DNA of 64,000 nucleotides from the human T2T-CHM13v2.0 reference genome, Homo sapiens: NCBI RefSeq assembly GCF_009914755.1, contig NC_060932.1. The stretch is one strand, 5' to 3'. The position numbers and the translations under genes were made by a program. Each line of letters opens with the position of its first letter. The stretch's first letter is position 1. This document shows positions 1 through 17,670 of the stretch, piece by piece. Under the pieces are notes generated by a model that saw nothing but the letters and a program-made list of their open reading frames with translations, was not told the DNA's origin and did not search any database.

Positions 1-156
1 ATAAATAAAGATACAAATGAGGGAGAAGGGACAGTTCTAATAAATATAGAAGGAATTAGAGATATAGAAAATCACTATCGGGACACCACAGTGATAATTG
101 TTGGAGGCAAGATCCACCAATTGATGCTAAAATTACTGGACAAAAGTTCTAGGAGT

Positions 157-459
<303 letters not shown>

Positions 460-597
460 TCACAGGATATTTGCATAGTCTTAAAATATCTCCCCCAAGA
501 CAGTTATTAATGGCAAATGGAAAAATAGTAATTTTGTAGTAGATAAACTCAGCAGATAACAGCTTAACCAAGTAAGCACATTTAAAATCACTAGTAC

Positions 598-1062
<465 letters not shown>

Positions 1063-1844
1063 ATGACTGGTAATAAGATGTCAATATGATGCACATCACT
1101 TTTGTGATATTCTTTCCAAAAATATGTAACCTCATTCTAATCATAAGTATCAGACAAACCCAAATTGAGGAACAATCTAGAAAATAACTGATATTCCTCA
1201 AAAATGGCATCATCATGAAAAATAAGGAAAGACTAAGGAACTCTCATATTGGAAGAAACTAGAGAGACAAAACACATGTAATGTTGAATCTGGGGTTGGT
1301 GAAATGAAAGAAATAACGGAAAAATGATATCAGTGGAAAAACGGTAAAATCTGAGTAAAGTCCATAATTTAGTGAATAGCATCGTGCCAGTGTTAATTTC
1401 TTAGTACTGATCATTGTACTATTTGCAAGCTGTTAACATTAGGGGAATTTAGGTCAAAGGTATACAATAACTCTACTATTTTTGCAGTTTTTTTTGTAAA
1501 TCTAAAACTATTTCAAAACAGAAAGTTAAAAAAAGGAAATTAACAGTACAGGTATTAGAAGTACATGTGGGAGAATTATAATCCCAGAGGTAATGAAGGC
1601 CTTTCTGAGTATGACATATCCAGAAGAGGTTGATAAGAATAAAAATCTCTACATGTAAAAATAATTTCCAAAACAAAGACTCATGTAAAACTGAAAAAAC
1701 ATATGCAAAACCTGACAAATGAAACGCTGGTTTCTTTAATGTATGAAGCGCTTATATAAATAAACATGTAAAGGACCAGCCAGTAAAAAAAAAAAATGGA
1801 TAAACAATGTAATATACAGTTTACAGTGGTAAAATGGTTCTTTC

Positions 1845-2143
<299 letters not shown>

Positions 2144-2533
2144 TAGAAATGGTTCTTAAACATGAAAAGATGCTTAATCTTTCTCATAGAAAGAGTAATG
2201 CCAATTGGAACTACGTTGAAGTACCATTTCTCACCTAGATTAAAGGTTTTTTAAAAATCATTGATAATATGCGGCCAAGAGTATGAAAAACAGGCATCCC
2301 TTTACGCGAGTCATAGGAACGTAAATAGACACTTTTTGTGGGGGCTAATTTGGCACTGACTTTCGAAATTGCAAATGCACGTATTCTTGACTCAGCAATT
2401 CCACTTTAGGAATTTCCAAGTCTGTATTCTCATGTGAAGAATGATACACACTGTGTGGCACATACAGTGGCATTAAGCACAGCATTGCTTATAAAAGACT
2501 GAAAGCAAATGCCCTACGATAGAGATCATGTTA

Positions 2534-2853
<320 letters not shown>

Positions 2854-3172
2854 AATGAAGGTGTATCGGTACGAAGCTATCATATCCATCTGTAAAATGT
2901 AAGGAAGTTCTGCATATACTGATATAAACTATTTCCAAGATACCATTAATTGAAAAATGCAAAGTACAGAACAATTTTTATAATATACTACCATTTGTGG
3001 TTTTTTAAGAAAGGATTTATACTTTTAACAATGGTTACTTCTGGAGAGGTGAACTAGATGATAGGGGTACAAGGAAGAATTTTCACCAAATATACTTTTT
3101 GTATCAAATTTTTATCATGTGAAGATATTATTTATTCAAATAAATTTTAATGCTAAGTTATTTTATTCACAG

Positions 3173-3306
3173 AACCTTATCTGCATTAGCTCACTGGTCT
3201 GTCATTTTTAGTGACACACCATATCTTCCACTCTTGGCATTTCCATTTGTAAAATTATTCCAGAACAACCAACTCATCTGTTTTGAAGTTATTGCTACTC
3301 TCATAA
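3173..3306 (+). CDS. TBC1D31: TBC1D31 internal exon (first in window), TLSALAHWSVIFSDTPYLPLLAFPFVKLFQNNQLICFEVIATLI, TBC region
   Basis: ttttattcacAG acceptor, A|GTAAGT donor; 134 nt; ends phase 1 and joins 9174 as A|TC=Ile. Confidence 0.93.
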
Positions 3307-3506
3307 GTAAGTAAATACTTGTTAAAGTATAAGATCAAGAATGGATTCTTATACATTTTCCTGATGTCTTTGCACCTTTGCAACATTTAACAATTCTAGA
3401 TGTCTCTACTTTTAAGTCACGAAAGTGTGAAACAATAAGGTATCAAACATAAAATAGACAATTGAAGCATTTATATGTAAACCTTTTTATTTAGAAGAAA
3501 ATCTGG

Positions 3507-3860
<354 letters not shown>

Positions 3861-4081
3861 TCATTTATATATTCCCCAAGTGCAAGAATTTTATTTTTCT
3901 AATTTTTCCACACTTTTAAAGCAGTTTTTTGTTGTTATACTACTTTTACTTCATGTTATATATATTTCCCTTATTTTTATAAATTAAATTTCATAAACAT
4001 TTTTTATTGGCTATTATTACATAATGTGCATGTACTAGTTTAATCTTCTTGGATATTTAGATTGTTCCTAATTTTAACCTC

Positions 4082-4403
<322 letters not shown>

Positions 4404-4504
4404 TAACTATCTTCGCATGCAAACATAATAGTTCCCTTTGCGTAGATTTCCAGAATTGGTGTTATCGGGTCATAAAATGTGAATAATTGATTCCCCAAAA
4501 GGGT

Positions 4505-4905
4505 TGTCATATGGTTTGGATGTGTGTCCTCTCCAAATGTCGTGTTGAAATGTGATCCCTGATGTTGGAGGTGGGGCCTAGTGGGAGGTATTGGACCATG
4601 AGGGTGAATCATTCATAAATGGCTTAGTGCCATTCCCTTGGTTGTAAGCGAGTTCTCGCTCAGTTAGTTCACACGAGATCTAGTTGTTTAAAAGAGTGTG
4701 GCACCACCTGCCCTGTGCTCTCGTTCCTGCCCTCTTCCAGAGGCCCTCACCTCATCTGTCGCTCCTGCTCTCTTCACTTCCTGAAGCAGGTGCTGGAGCC
4801 CTGCTTGCACAGCCTGCAGAGCCATGAATCAATTCAACCCTTTTCTTTATAAATTAGCCAGTCTCAGGTATTTCTTTATAGCAATAGAAAATCAAACTAA
4901 TACAA
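4505..4905 (+). mobile_element. MaLR LTR (MSTA/MSTB-like)
   Basis: atatggtttggatgtgtgtcc...ggtggggcctagtgggagg...ctcaggtatttctttatagca...actaataca. Confidence 0.8.
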
Positions 4906-4939
4906 GTATTAGTTTACCTGCCAATAGCACTACCGTGTT

Positions 4940-5845
4940 TTAAAAGCAAAAGAAACACAATAACAAAAAGACAAACAAGCCAATTAAAAAATGAGTAAAG
5001 GACTTGAATAGACATTTCTCCATAGGCAGTATACAAATGACCATCAAGCATATGAAAAGATGCTCAGCATCATTAGTCATTAGGGAAATGCAAACCAAAA
5101 CCACAGTGAGATGCCACTTCATACCTACTAGGACAGCTGTAATTTAACAATGTTATATACATGTTAATGAGGATGTGGGAAAATTGGGACCTTCATTTAT
5201 TGCTGGTAGACATGTAAAATGGTGCAGTCACTATGAAAAAACAATTTGCCATTTCTTCAAAATTCCAAACATAGAATTACCGTATAACCCAACCATTTCA
5301 CTCCTGGGTATATACCCAAAAGAATTGAAAACTGAGACTTAGACAGATACCCACGTGTGAATGTTCATAGCATCATTATTCCCAATAGCCAAAAGATGGA
5401 AACAATCTATTAACAGATTAATGGGTAAGCAAAGTGTGGTAAATACACGCAATGGAATGTTATCCAGCTGTCAAAAGCAATGAGGTCCTGCCACATGCTA
5501 GCTACTACACGGGTGAACCTTGAGAACATCCTGCTTAGTGAAATACACTAGATACAAAAGGACAGTTATTGTATGATTTCACTTAGGAAATATCTAGAAT
5601 AGGTAAATTCATAGACACAGAAAATAAATTAGAGGTTACAGGGGCTAGGGAAAGTGGGACAGAGAGCTAGTCCTGAATGGATACAGAGTTTCTATTTGGG
5701 GTATTGAAAGGATTTGGGGAATAGATAGTATAACCCTGAATGGGATCATTGTATAACCCTGAATGGGATTAATACCTCTGAATTGTATATTTAAAAATGG
5801 TTAAAGTGGCAAATAACATCTATTTTACTATAATTAATAAAGAAA
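4940..5845 (+). mobile_element. L1M (L1MB-like) 3' fragment
   Basis: gacttgaatagacatttctcc...gaaatgcaaaccaaaaccacagtgagatgccac... ORF2 end and 3'UTR. Confidence 0.85.
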
Positions 5846-6084
5846 TGGATTGTAGTTAATTTAGGTATGTATGCCAAACTAAATTTTTTATTTCTGGTAA
5901 AATCTTGTTACATAGCTAAAATGTTTTATACCAAGGAAATTGATTTTTCTCTTCTAAACAAACATGCCTGAAATCTAAATTTGGGAGATTATTGTTTCCT
6001 CTTGGATGGTCAGCATGAGTGGTGGATTTTTATCAAGGGTCTCAAAGTAGTTTTACTCAATAAACATTTATTAAAGAGTAACAT

Positions 6085-7258
6085 TTCAGAGGGGAGCAAG
6101 TGAGGAGGCTGCGTCTGACTCCTGCTTTCACGGCCATTGCAGTACCTGGAGCTCCACTTGCACAGATGCAAGCCCAGTGGACACTGGGTGACTCTACCCT
6201 TGCTGAGGAAAAAGAACTAAACACTGGCAAGGCAATTCCAAGAAGCTGAGAGGCAGAATGTCATCACATGCGTTCTTTGTGCAGATTTGCCAGGAGAAGC
6301 ATAAGAAGCACCCAGATACTCCAGTCACCTTCTCAGAGTTTTCTAAGAAGGGCTTCAGAGAAATGGCAGGCCACGTCTGCTAAAGGGAAGGGAAAAGTTG
6401 AAGACATGGCAAAGGCAGATTAAGTTTCATCATGAAAGAAATGAAAACCTACACCCCTCCTAAAGGGGAAACAAAGAAGTTCGAGGATCCCAATGCATCT
6501 CACAAGAGGCCTCCTTTGGCCTTTTTCTTGTTCTGTTCTTAATATTGCCTTGAAATCAAAGGAGAACATTCAGCCTATCCATTGGTGATGCTGCAAAGAA
6601 ACTGGGAGAGACGTGGAGCAACACCACTGCAGATGACAAACAGCCTTTTGACAAGAAGTATGCAAAGCCAAAGAAAAAATGTAAAAAGGATATTGCTGCA
6701 TACCAACCTAAAGGAAAGCCTGATACAGCAAAAATGAGAACCATCAAGGCTGAAAAAAGCAAGAAAAAGGAGGAGGATGAGGAAGATCAAGAAGACAATG
6801 AATAAGTTGGTTCTGGCACAGAATTTTCTTCTTGTCTATAGAGCACTTAACAGTCCTGTACACACTCACTTCTTTTAAAGAAAAAATTTGAAATGTAAGG
6901 CTCCAGAACATTTGTTTAAACTGTACAGTGTCTTTTTTTGTATAGTTAACACCCTATCGAATGTCTTTGGATAGTCTTGTCCTGGTGATATTTTCAATAG
7001 GATTAACTTCGCTTGGTACACTATGGGGATTATAAATTGGCATGGAAATTTAAAAGCAAGTTTTTGTTAATCCACAGCACAAATTAGTTATTTTGAATGG
7101 GGATAGTAGTTTTTCATCTTCAGTTTTCTCTAATGTAGCTTATACAAAATAAATGTTTTGTTAACTGAATACCACTCCATAATTGAAAAAAAAAAAAAAA
7201 AGTTGCAACTGTTTTGTTGACATTCTGAATGCTTCTAAGTAAGCACAATTTTAAAAAA
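6085..7258 (+). pseudogene. HMGB1 processed pseudogene (5'UTR, disrupted box A/box B CDS, shortened acidic tail, part of 3'UTR)
   Basis: Intronless; translates [79 protein letters not shown]; start ATG mutated, stops and frameshifts; UTRs resemble HMGB1 mRNA. Confidence 0.93.
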
Positions 7259-7756
7259 TTTACTGAACTTCAGCTAAGCACTAGCACTGCTGGGATATGC
7301 CATCGTTTTGGCTTTTAGGTTTGTAGTCTAGTTGGGACTTAGAAGACATTTTGAAGGAAAAGTCACATCTACATATAATTTGGAACGTATTTGTAAAAGT
7401 CTTTTTTAGACACTAGAGTCTCTTTTATGACCAGACATAAAGTCTTTTGGTTTAACAAAGACTCTCCACACAATTATCATTTCTCTGTATTTTGCTATCT
7501 GTCAGTTCTCTCTCTAGGTCCTCTACCCATGCTTTTGTGGTGGCATCAAAGCAGAATAAAAATACTTAAGAGCAGGCAGACGGTTACTGTATGCAGTAGG
7601 ATATCCTCTTGCTAAGGAAAAACAGCGCTCTCTTAATGAAGATTGTAAGGATCAGGCCTTTGGGTATATGTGTGGTGTTTTAAGTTCTCAGAACTACCAG
7701 TGTCAGAGACATAACAAGTACTCAGGTGCTGAACCATATTTTTCCACTTAAAATTA

Positions 7757-8074
<318 letters not shown>

Positions 8075-9173
8075 TTAAGAGCTACAGAGAATTTGAAATA
8101 TTTTTTAAAGCTCAGTCTTTGCAAGATTTTATTTCTGACTTCATTATTAACTCAAATTTAAATAATCAATAATAAGTGAAATAATGGAACTCCAGAATTG
8201 GAAAGTTCTTATAAACCACTGTAATCTAATATTCTGCTGATAAAGCCTTCTTTTGCTATTTTGAGATAGGAGATCTTATTATCAAAGGATGAATCTACAA
8301 CTCAATATTTAAAATTAAAAAAATTTTAAAATTAAGTTAAACATAGTCTTATTGAACAAAACAAACCGATGGTCTTATATACGGCTTTGAGAACAATCTG
8401 TGGGTCGTTCTACTGATTACAGAGTGCAAGTGAGTCAAAGTCAGCCTTAGAGTTAGTTGAATATATTCTACTTTGGACTAACTGACTTTCAAAGAATGCC
8501 ACTGTTACCGATTGGTTGGTTTTCAAGTCAAGTTTACTGAAACAAGTTGTCAATGATCAGTTAGATATAAAACCAGTCCTGGTGGCTATTCCTGGTTATT
8601 CCTTATTACCATGCTTATAGAACAATCAGTCTTTTCCTCAGAATGAGGACATTTTTATTGTCATTATAATGTTTAAGGGATTAGGGATACAGTATATACA
8701 CATTTGTTTTTATATATTGCTGATGTAATTTTGAACATTTTCCTTAAGTTTTCTAATTTTGATTACATGTGAATTTTAGTAGATTTGAGGAGATTGGCAT
8801 GCTAATGTTGATTACATTTAATGAAGGGTTAAATAGGGGCCCTTTTTAAAAAGATCATTTCGTTAATCAGGTGATGAACAAAGCAGGAGTCAGGAGCCAG
8901 AATGCCATCAGGAGTACTTTGGGAAGTTGTGATTGTTTGTTTTAATTAACACTTTTTCATTGACTACTGTAAGGAAATTTGCAAAATTTCTGTAAACATA
9001 CTATGTTAACATGATAGGATTTTAAAATCGATTGTCATACAATATAAAGAGTTTTTTTTTATTATTCATGGACATATTGAGAACATAAAGATTGGATACA
9101 TTTAAGAATTGCAAAGAGTTTTGATAACATGGAAAGATATTTAAAGATATGTTTTCTTTTTTTTCCTTCATAG

Positions 9174-9307
9174 TCAATTGGTGTCAACACTGGTTTGAAT
9201 ATTTTCCTAATCCTCCTATCAATATTCTTAGCATGATAGAAAATGTTTTGGCATTTCATGACAAGGAACTGCTGCAACACTTCATAGATCATGATATAAC
9301 CTCCCAG
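9174..9307 (+). CDS. TBC1D31: TBC1D31 exon NWCQHWFEYFPNPP...DHDITSQ
   Basis: Polypyrimidine tract + TAG acceptor; CAG|GTAAGA donor; 134 nt, phase 1 to 0. Confidence 0.95.
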
Positions 9308-9625
9308 GTAAGAAGCATAAGGTTTTTAGAATAACATGCCTTATTTTGTAAGCTAACATTGGTTCTGGTATAAACAGTCTTTTCTTGAAGGAGTATAATA
9401 AAAAGCATACTACATGTTGTATTTTTAACAGTATTCCATTCTTTTTCTTCATTAAACTGCCTTCCTGAAAGTCTGTAAAGAAGGGTCCAAATTAAGGTAG
9501 TTATTTTCATAATTATGTATTTAATATGATTTTCATAGCTTAAATCGAATGTAAGGGAATATTACCAATGACTCCCTTTTTACTTTTCCCTAGAAAAATA
9601 ATAAATTTTTCCTTATCTGTTTTAG

Positions 9626-9805
9626 CTATATGCATGGCCTCTTCTTGAAACTGTGTTCTCAGAAGTGCTGACAAGAGAGGAGTGGCTGAAATTGTTCGAT
9701 AATATCTTTTCCAACCATCCTTCCTTCCTTCTGATGACTGTTGTAGCCTACAACATATGTTCTAGAACGCCTCTGCTCAGCTGTAATCTTAAAGATGACT
9801 TTGAG
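9626..9805 (+). CDS. TBC1D31: TBC1D31 exon LYAWPLLETVFSEVL...NLKDDFE
   Basis: tttTAG acceptor; GAG|GTAAC donor; 180 nt, phase 0-0. Confidence 0.95.
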
Positions 9806-9809
9806 GTAA

Positions 9810-10156
<347 letters not shown>

Positions 10157-10334
10157 ATATCAGTTATTTCAATTGAAAAATCCATTTATTTATTGAGTCC
10201 CTGTTATATGTCAGACACTGGTGCTAGGTAGTAGGAATATAAAGGATAACAAGTTAGACCACATCCCTACCTGTGTACAGTTTATAGACAATAAAGTAGG
10301 CAATTATAGCAGGCTAGTAGTCTTATAATCATAG

Positions 10335-10754
<420 letters not shown>

Positions 10755-11399
10755 TGACCCATCTGGTCTTAGAGGGTCTGAATGCTTATTACACATGCAA
10801 AAGGTAACTATGAGAGTTTTGAGACTTGGCAGGAAAGTGTCTGAAAGAAAGCATTAAGATCATTATAAAAAGTAGACGCTCTTTTGGTAGACAAGATGAA
10901 TTAGTTGGGTTCTTGTGTGTGTGTGTATGTGTTACTTATTTAGTGGTTACTGTCCAATTAAACTTTATTTTTACTTCATGATCCTGTGATACATTAATTT
11001 GGATCTTCCAGCAAAACAAGATAATGTGGAAACTTTTTAGATATTTTTAAAGAAGCAAGCTAATTTATTTTCAAAGGCTAATTTATAATTTATTTTGGAT
11101 TTTGAAGAAAAAAAAAATCCAAGCAGAGTTTGTTCCATTGTTGAAGCATTCTTTTTCTATTGTAAGAAAAGCCTTCATTTTTTAATTTTATGTCAGAATT
11201 TCTTATGATTGTGAAACTCTTACATTTTTTAAATAAATTGTCTTTGTTGTAAAACTTGAGTAAAGAAAAGCTTTAATGAATTTGCAAAAAAATATATATT
11301 CTTAAAGATAGATACACTTTTTTTAAATTCTTGTTTTAATTCTACCTCATAATTGCTTTGTCAGGTAAATCTCGATTTAAACACCAAGTTTTCTTACAG

Positions 11400-11632
11400 T
11401 TTTTTTTTCACCATCGGAATAACCTGGATATAAATGTTGTGATTAGACAAGTTTATCATCTCATGGAGACCACGCCTACTGACATTCATCCAGACAGCAT
11501 GCTTAATGTTTTTGTTGCACTGACAAAAGGGCAGTATCCAGTATTTAATCAATATCCAAAGTTTATTGTGGACTATCAAACACAGGAACGAGAAAGAATA
11601 AGGAATGATGAATTGGATTACTTAAGAGAGAG
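11400..11632 (+). CDS. TBC1D31: TBC1D31 exon FFFHHRNNLD...ELDYLRE(R)
   Basis: ttcttaCAG acceptor; AG|GTAATT donor; 233 nt, phase 0 to 2. Confidence 0.95.
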
Positions 11633-11713
11633 GTAATTATGGAATAGTTTTTCTTTTTCTGATACAATGAAATATGTTATAAACATAAGAAAGTTTTAAT
11701 GAAAAATACATTT

Positions 11714-12008
<295 letters not shown>

Positions 12009-12184
12009 GCATTTAAATTATGAGTATTTGTGTAAAATCAGAGTTTGAAGGCTAGAAATATTAAAGATAGTTAATTCTTGCATATGGAAATAAAATAGAT
12101 TATACATTAATCGGTATACATTTTGTGTTTTGATGATTCTTAGCTTTCTTCTTTGTGTTTTCATAATAATATTACCTACTTAAG

Positions 12185-12337
12185 GCAGACAGTTGAAGAT
12201 ATGCAAGCTAAAGTCGACCAGCAAAGAGTTGAAGATGAAGCTTGGTACCAGAAACAGGAGCTGCTTCGTAAAGCTGAAGAAACAAGAAGAGAAATGCTCT
12301 TACAAGAGGAGGAGAAAATGATACAACAAAGACAGAG
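12185..12337 (+). CDS. TBC1D31: TBC1D31 exon QTVEDMQAKV...MIQQRQ(R), coiled coil
   Basis: AAG acceptor required by frame; AG|GTATGT donor; 153 nt, phase 2-2. Confidence 0.93.
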
Positions 12338-13316
12338 GTATGTGTTATCACTTTAAAAAAAAATCTGGACATATAAGTTAGTTGAATAATTTTTATGTTC
12401 TTTCATTTTTTCATTTTAGAAACAACATTATATATAGGATTACCCAGCTGTAGCATTTCTATAAAGCAACTATTAAGTTAATAAAAAGAATCTTTATATA
12501 CCACTTTTCAAAAAAAATTGCTATGTAGTAAAATGTAATTCTGAAGCTATGCTGAATATAATATAGCTTTGCATGGATTAATGTTCCTTGAAGGACATTA
12601 TTTAGAAACATTATTCTATAGTGGGCAGAAATGCTTTGTAATAGAATGCTAGGTACATCACCTTTAGTAGAGTATAATTTTTTTAATTGTGTTTTAAACA
12701 TACCTGTGTGACCTGACAGTTGTAACATAGAATGATTATGTCATTACCCATTTAACACTTTGGAGGACAGGGGAATGAGTATTAAATGCGTATTCAAAAG
12801 TACGTTAGCTGGGTGTGGTGCCACATACCTATAGTCCCAGCTACTAGGTAGGATCACTTGAGCCCAGGAGGTCAAGGCCAGCCTGGGCAACATAGTGAGA
12901 CCCTGTCTCTTAAAAAATAAAAAGAAAAAACTTAAAAATAAATACATAAAAGTATGTTAATAAGGTAAAATGTGTAAATTAAGTAAAGTAATGGGATAAA
13001 CATTGAGACTAAGCCCAATAGTTGGGAAACTCACTTCTGTGTTTATTGATTCCTATTCTTAGATGGAACTTTATGTAACAGATTTATAGTGTGGGTTAAA
13101 AGGAATTACTGAACTGAGCCAGTGAGCTTTCTACTAAAATTCTTAAAGCATAAGTATACATCATCTTTGGTAACGGTGGAGCAGTTCTCGCATTCTTCTT
13201 TCAAATAAAGGATATCAATTGTATTGAAATGATCAGCATGGCAGACCTGTTATGAAAAAACTAAATCATATTAGGAATTGCTGTATTTGTTCCACTTGAT
13301 GTATTTTGTATTTAAG

Positions 13317-13452
13317 GCTAGCTGCTGTGAAAAGAGAGCTGAAAGTAAAGGAAATGCACTTACAAGATGCTGCAAGAAGGCGTTTTCTGAAGCTTCAGCA
13401 AGATCAACAGGAAATGGAACTAAGAAGACTGGATGATGAAATTGGGAGAAAG
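13317..13452 (+). CDS. TBC1D31: TBC1D31 exon LAAVKRELKVKEMHL...DEIGRK
   Basis: tttAAG acceptor; AAG|GTTTAT donor; 136 nt, phase 2 to 0. Confidence 0.93.
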
Positions 13453-13714
13453 GTTTATTATTCTTAACTTAGTTCTCATACATCATCTCCATTTACTCTC
13501 ACTTAAATGTAATGAACACCTTCAAATTAAATAATATTCTTAGAGTCCACCATGAATACTAAATAGCCGCTTTAATTTTATTTACTTTTCCCCTCAGCTT
13601 TCTCATTCTCTTTTGTATTTCATGAATGGCTAAATATTTAAGAAATGCCAGGAAAATTAGTCAAGTGTCCTTGGTGACTATTTCTCTAAAACTAGAAATA
13701 TCAGTATCAGTTAG

Positions 13715-14039
<325 letters not shown>

Positions 14040-14166
14040 AGTTAATTTTTAATTAGGGGACATATTCTTTTTTCATATAAAAATTATCTGTGGCCAGTAT
14101 AAAAATAATTTCCAGTACAAAACATACAGAATTAAAAATTGACCTTCTCCATTAGTTCTCATGTCA

Positions 14167-14590
<424 letters not shown>

Positions 14591-15508
14591 TTATTCTCAT
14601 TATACATTGTTTTTGTAACCTGCTTTTTAAAATTTCATATGCTGAATATCTTTTCATATTTGTTATATGTGTATCTATTTCTCTTTTTGTGGTTGTATAA
14701 TATTCCATTGAATTAATAGCTTATTTAATCCTTTGCTATTGGACATTTCGGTTATTTGCAGTGTTTTGCAAATTACAAAACCATGCTACATTGTAAAAGT
14801 CTTTGAGTACTTGCACACATACTTTTGTTGAGTAACTTCTAAATTATGACAAATTGTTCTCTAAAAATGAAACAGTTTCAGCTGTTTTAAGTCTGTAAGA
14901 GTACCCACTCCCTAGTATAGTCAATTGTACTGCATCAGTCTTAATATTTGCCAAGCAGATAGATGACAAATCGTCTATTTTAATTTGCCTTTTTTTATTG
15001 TTAGTGAGGTTAAGTATCTTTTCTGTTACTTATCTTCCATGTGTAGAATTACACATTACATATTTGTATCATTTGTCCATCTTTTTGTCAAGTTAGACTT
15101 AACTTTCTGTCAGGTTAGCTTACTTATTTCCAAAAGGCAAGTCAATTGTCCCAACACCATTTGTTGACTATTATCCAAGTCATTTGCCAACTGATGGTTT
15201 TTACATATTAAATTCTCTTACATATTTGATCTCCTTCCTCGCTTTTTCTATTCCTAAGCCAGTACCACACTGTTTGAATGACAGTAGCTTTGAAGTGTTT
15301 TACCAACTAGGCCTAGTTCTCACTCATTAGTCTTCCTTTTCAGAGTTTTCCTCAGTATTCTCAAATGTTTATCATTCCAAGTAGACTCTAAGAATTGTTT
15401 CACTTTTGGAATTCTCACCTCTCCCAATCCTATTGGAATTTTTATTAGGATTACACTGACTTTATGCACTAATTTAGAGTTTCAAGCCTAGTTTTGATAA
15501 AATACTAA

Positions 15509-15821
<313 letters not shown>

Positions 15822-17232
15822 AAGTCTTTCAAAGTATTTTTAATTCAATAGTATTAGAAATCTATCATCTCTTTATAGCATGATACTTCTTGTTTTGTTT
15901 AAAGCTTGTTAATTTTAAATTGGTTTTCAAAATCCAAGATTTCTTTTAATTTTCTCATCTAGTGAATGACATTGATATTTCATTACTGTAGAAAAGTGTA
16001 TGTTCTTCCCGCAAAGTAAGCTCAGAACTCTGATGTCTTTATTCCAAACCCCTTTGAAACAGGAGGAGGCATTTTTTGGTCCAAGAATTCTATAGACTCC
16101 TTTCAGCAACATGATCTGGCCTCCGCCTACCCTTGCAGCCTCCTGTCCTCCCAGCTACCTGTTCTGATGTTGTGCTCTGACCCTGCCAAACTGCAAAAGC
16201 TCTTCTCATGGTTCAGACTCTAGCAGGAAAGGCTGCTTGAATCTGAAGTGACAAGTACATGTGACTGTGAACATCTGTTAGCAGCAAGCAAAGCTGATCG
16301 GTTTTTGCTGTGGCACATAGCTGTTTGTATCTCTGAAAATTCATAAGCAAAAGAGCTCTGTAATTGAAATTCCTAAAAAGCGTGATTTGCTAGGCCACAC
16401 CTCTCCTCCACTTCCTGGCATTATTACTGTTCTTGCTTCACACAATCAAGCTTCCCCCAACCTTTGAGCTAGCTCCTTTCCCAATAACCTCTTTAAATTG
16501 AACTGGTCCTGGTCCATGTTTCTCTTTTAGTCTTTGGATATATATGTTTGCACATCCAACTGTATTCTCATTTAGTGTTTCTCCTATTTTAGGTATTCGA
16601 TAGCATGTCTTTTACCATAATGACAATATCTAACATTTCACTTTATATCTAAGATCATTTCTAAGAGTCTCTAGAGAGTTCCATATCCCATATCCAAAGC
16701 CTCTAGTATATAGGAATAAAAAGCCTCCAACTAATCAAATTTTGGAAATAGGTGAACTCTAAATTAATTCACTTGGAGCAGAACACATACAGGTTGAACC
16801 ATCTGCAAGAAATTTAAACCTAGAATTGTTAATTGTCAAACCATACTTATAAAAGTAGAGAAGTTTAGTCAAAAAGAGCATTAAATAAATGTTATATTTT
16901 TATCTACCCCAGATTTAAATTGCTCAAGTTTTTCTAACTCATGATATTGGTTACTGTAATACTGTAAGAACTGCTATCTGTTCTTCCAGTCTGAGTAGAT
17001 GGGCATATGGTATTGTGCTTTTTATTTTTAAATTAAACTTAACTTTAACTGAGAGATTATTCCTAGGTTCTGCAGTGAATATTAATCTTTGTCTGTTACT
17101 CTGGTTTCAAAAACCCAGTTGCTGTTATTTTAAATACTGTTAGTAGGTCGTTCAGATTACAGGATTACTAAATATATTAAAAATTATTTTGTAAATTCTT
17201 TTTGGTATTTACAGTTTGTTGTTTGGCCATAG

Positions 17233-17325
17233 GTATATATGAGAGATCGAGAAATTGCTGCCACAGCCAGAGACCTAGAAATGAGACAGCTGGAACTCGA
17301 ATCACAAAAGAGACTTTATGAGAAG
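17233..17325 (+). CDS. TBC1D31: TBC1D31 exon VYMRDREIAATARDLEMRQLELESQKRLYEK
   Basis: caTAG acceptor; AAG|GTATAA donor; 93 nt, phase 0-0. Confidence 0.93.
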
Positions 17326-17364
17326 GTATAATTCAGTTATTTCCAACATAAGAAAAGCAGGTTT

Positions 17365-17670
17365 TGGCCAGGCTCAGTGGCTCAAACCTGTAATCCCAGC
17401 ACTTTGGGAGGATGAGGTGGAAGGAGGATCACTTGAGCTAAGGAATTCCAGACCAGACCTGGGCAATATAGTGAGACCCCATCTCTACTAAAAGTTTAAA
17501 ATTTAGCTGGTTATGCTTACCTGTAGTCCCAACTACTCAGGAGGCTGAGGCAGGAAGATCACTTGAGCCCTGGAGTTCGAGGCTGCAGTGAACCATAATC
17601 ACATCACTGTACTCCAGCCTGGGCAAACAGAGCGAGACCCTATCTCCAAAAAAAAAAGAAGGAAAAAGAA
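17365..17670 (+). mobile_element. AluJ
   Basis: TSD aagaaaagcagg. Confidence 0.88.

Noticed and set aside
5728-5769. 19-bp direct repeat gtataaccctgaatgggat (similar 18-bp case at 51044-51086)
   Set aside because: Ordinary local slippage duplications in or next to old repeats
6556-6790. Hydrophobic minus-strand ORFs resembling membrane peptides
   Set aside because: Antisense reading of the Lys/Glu-rich HMGB1 pseudogene
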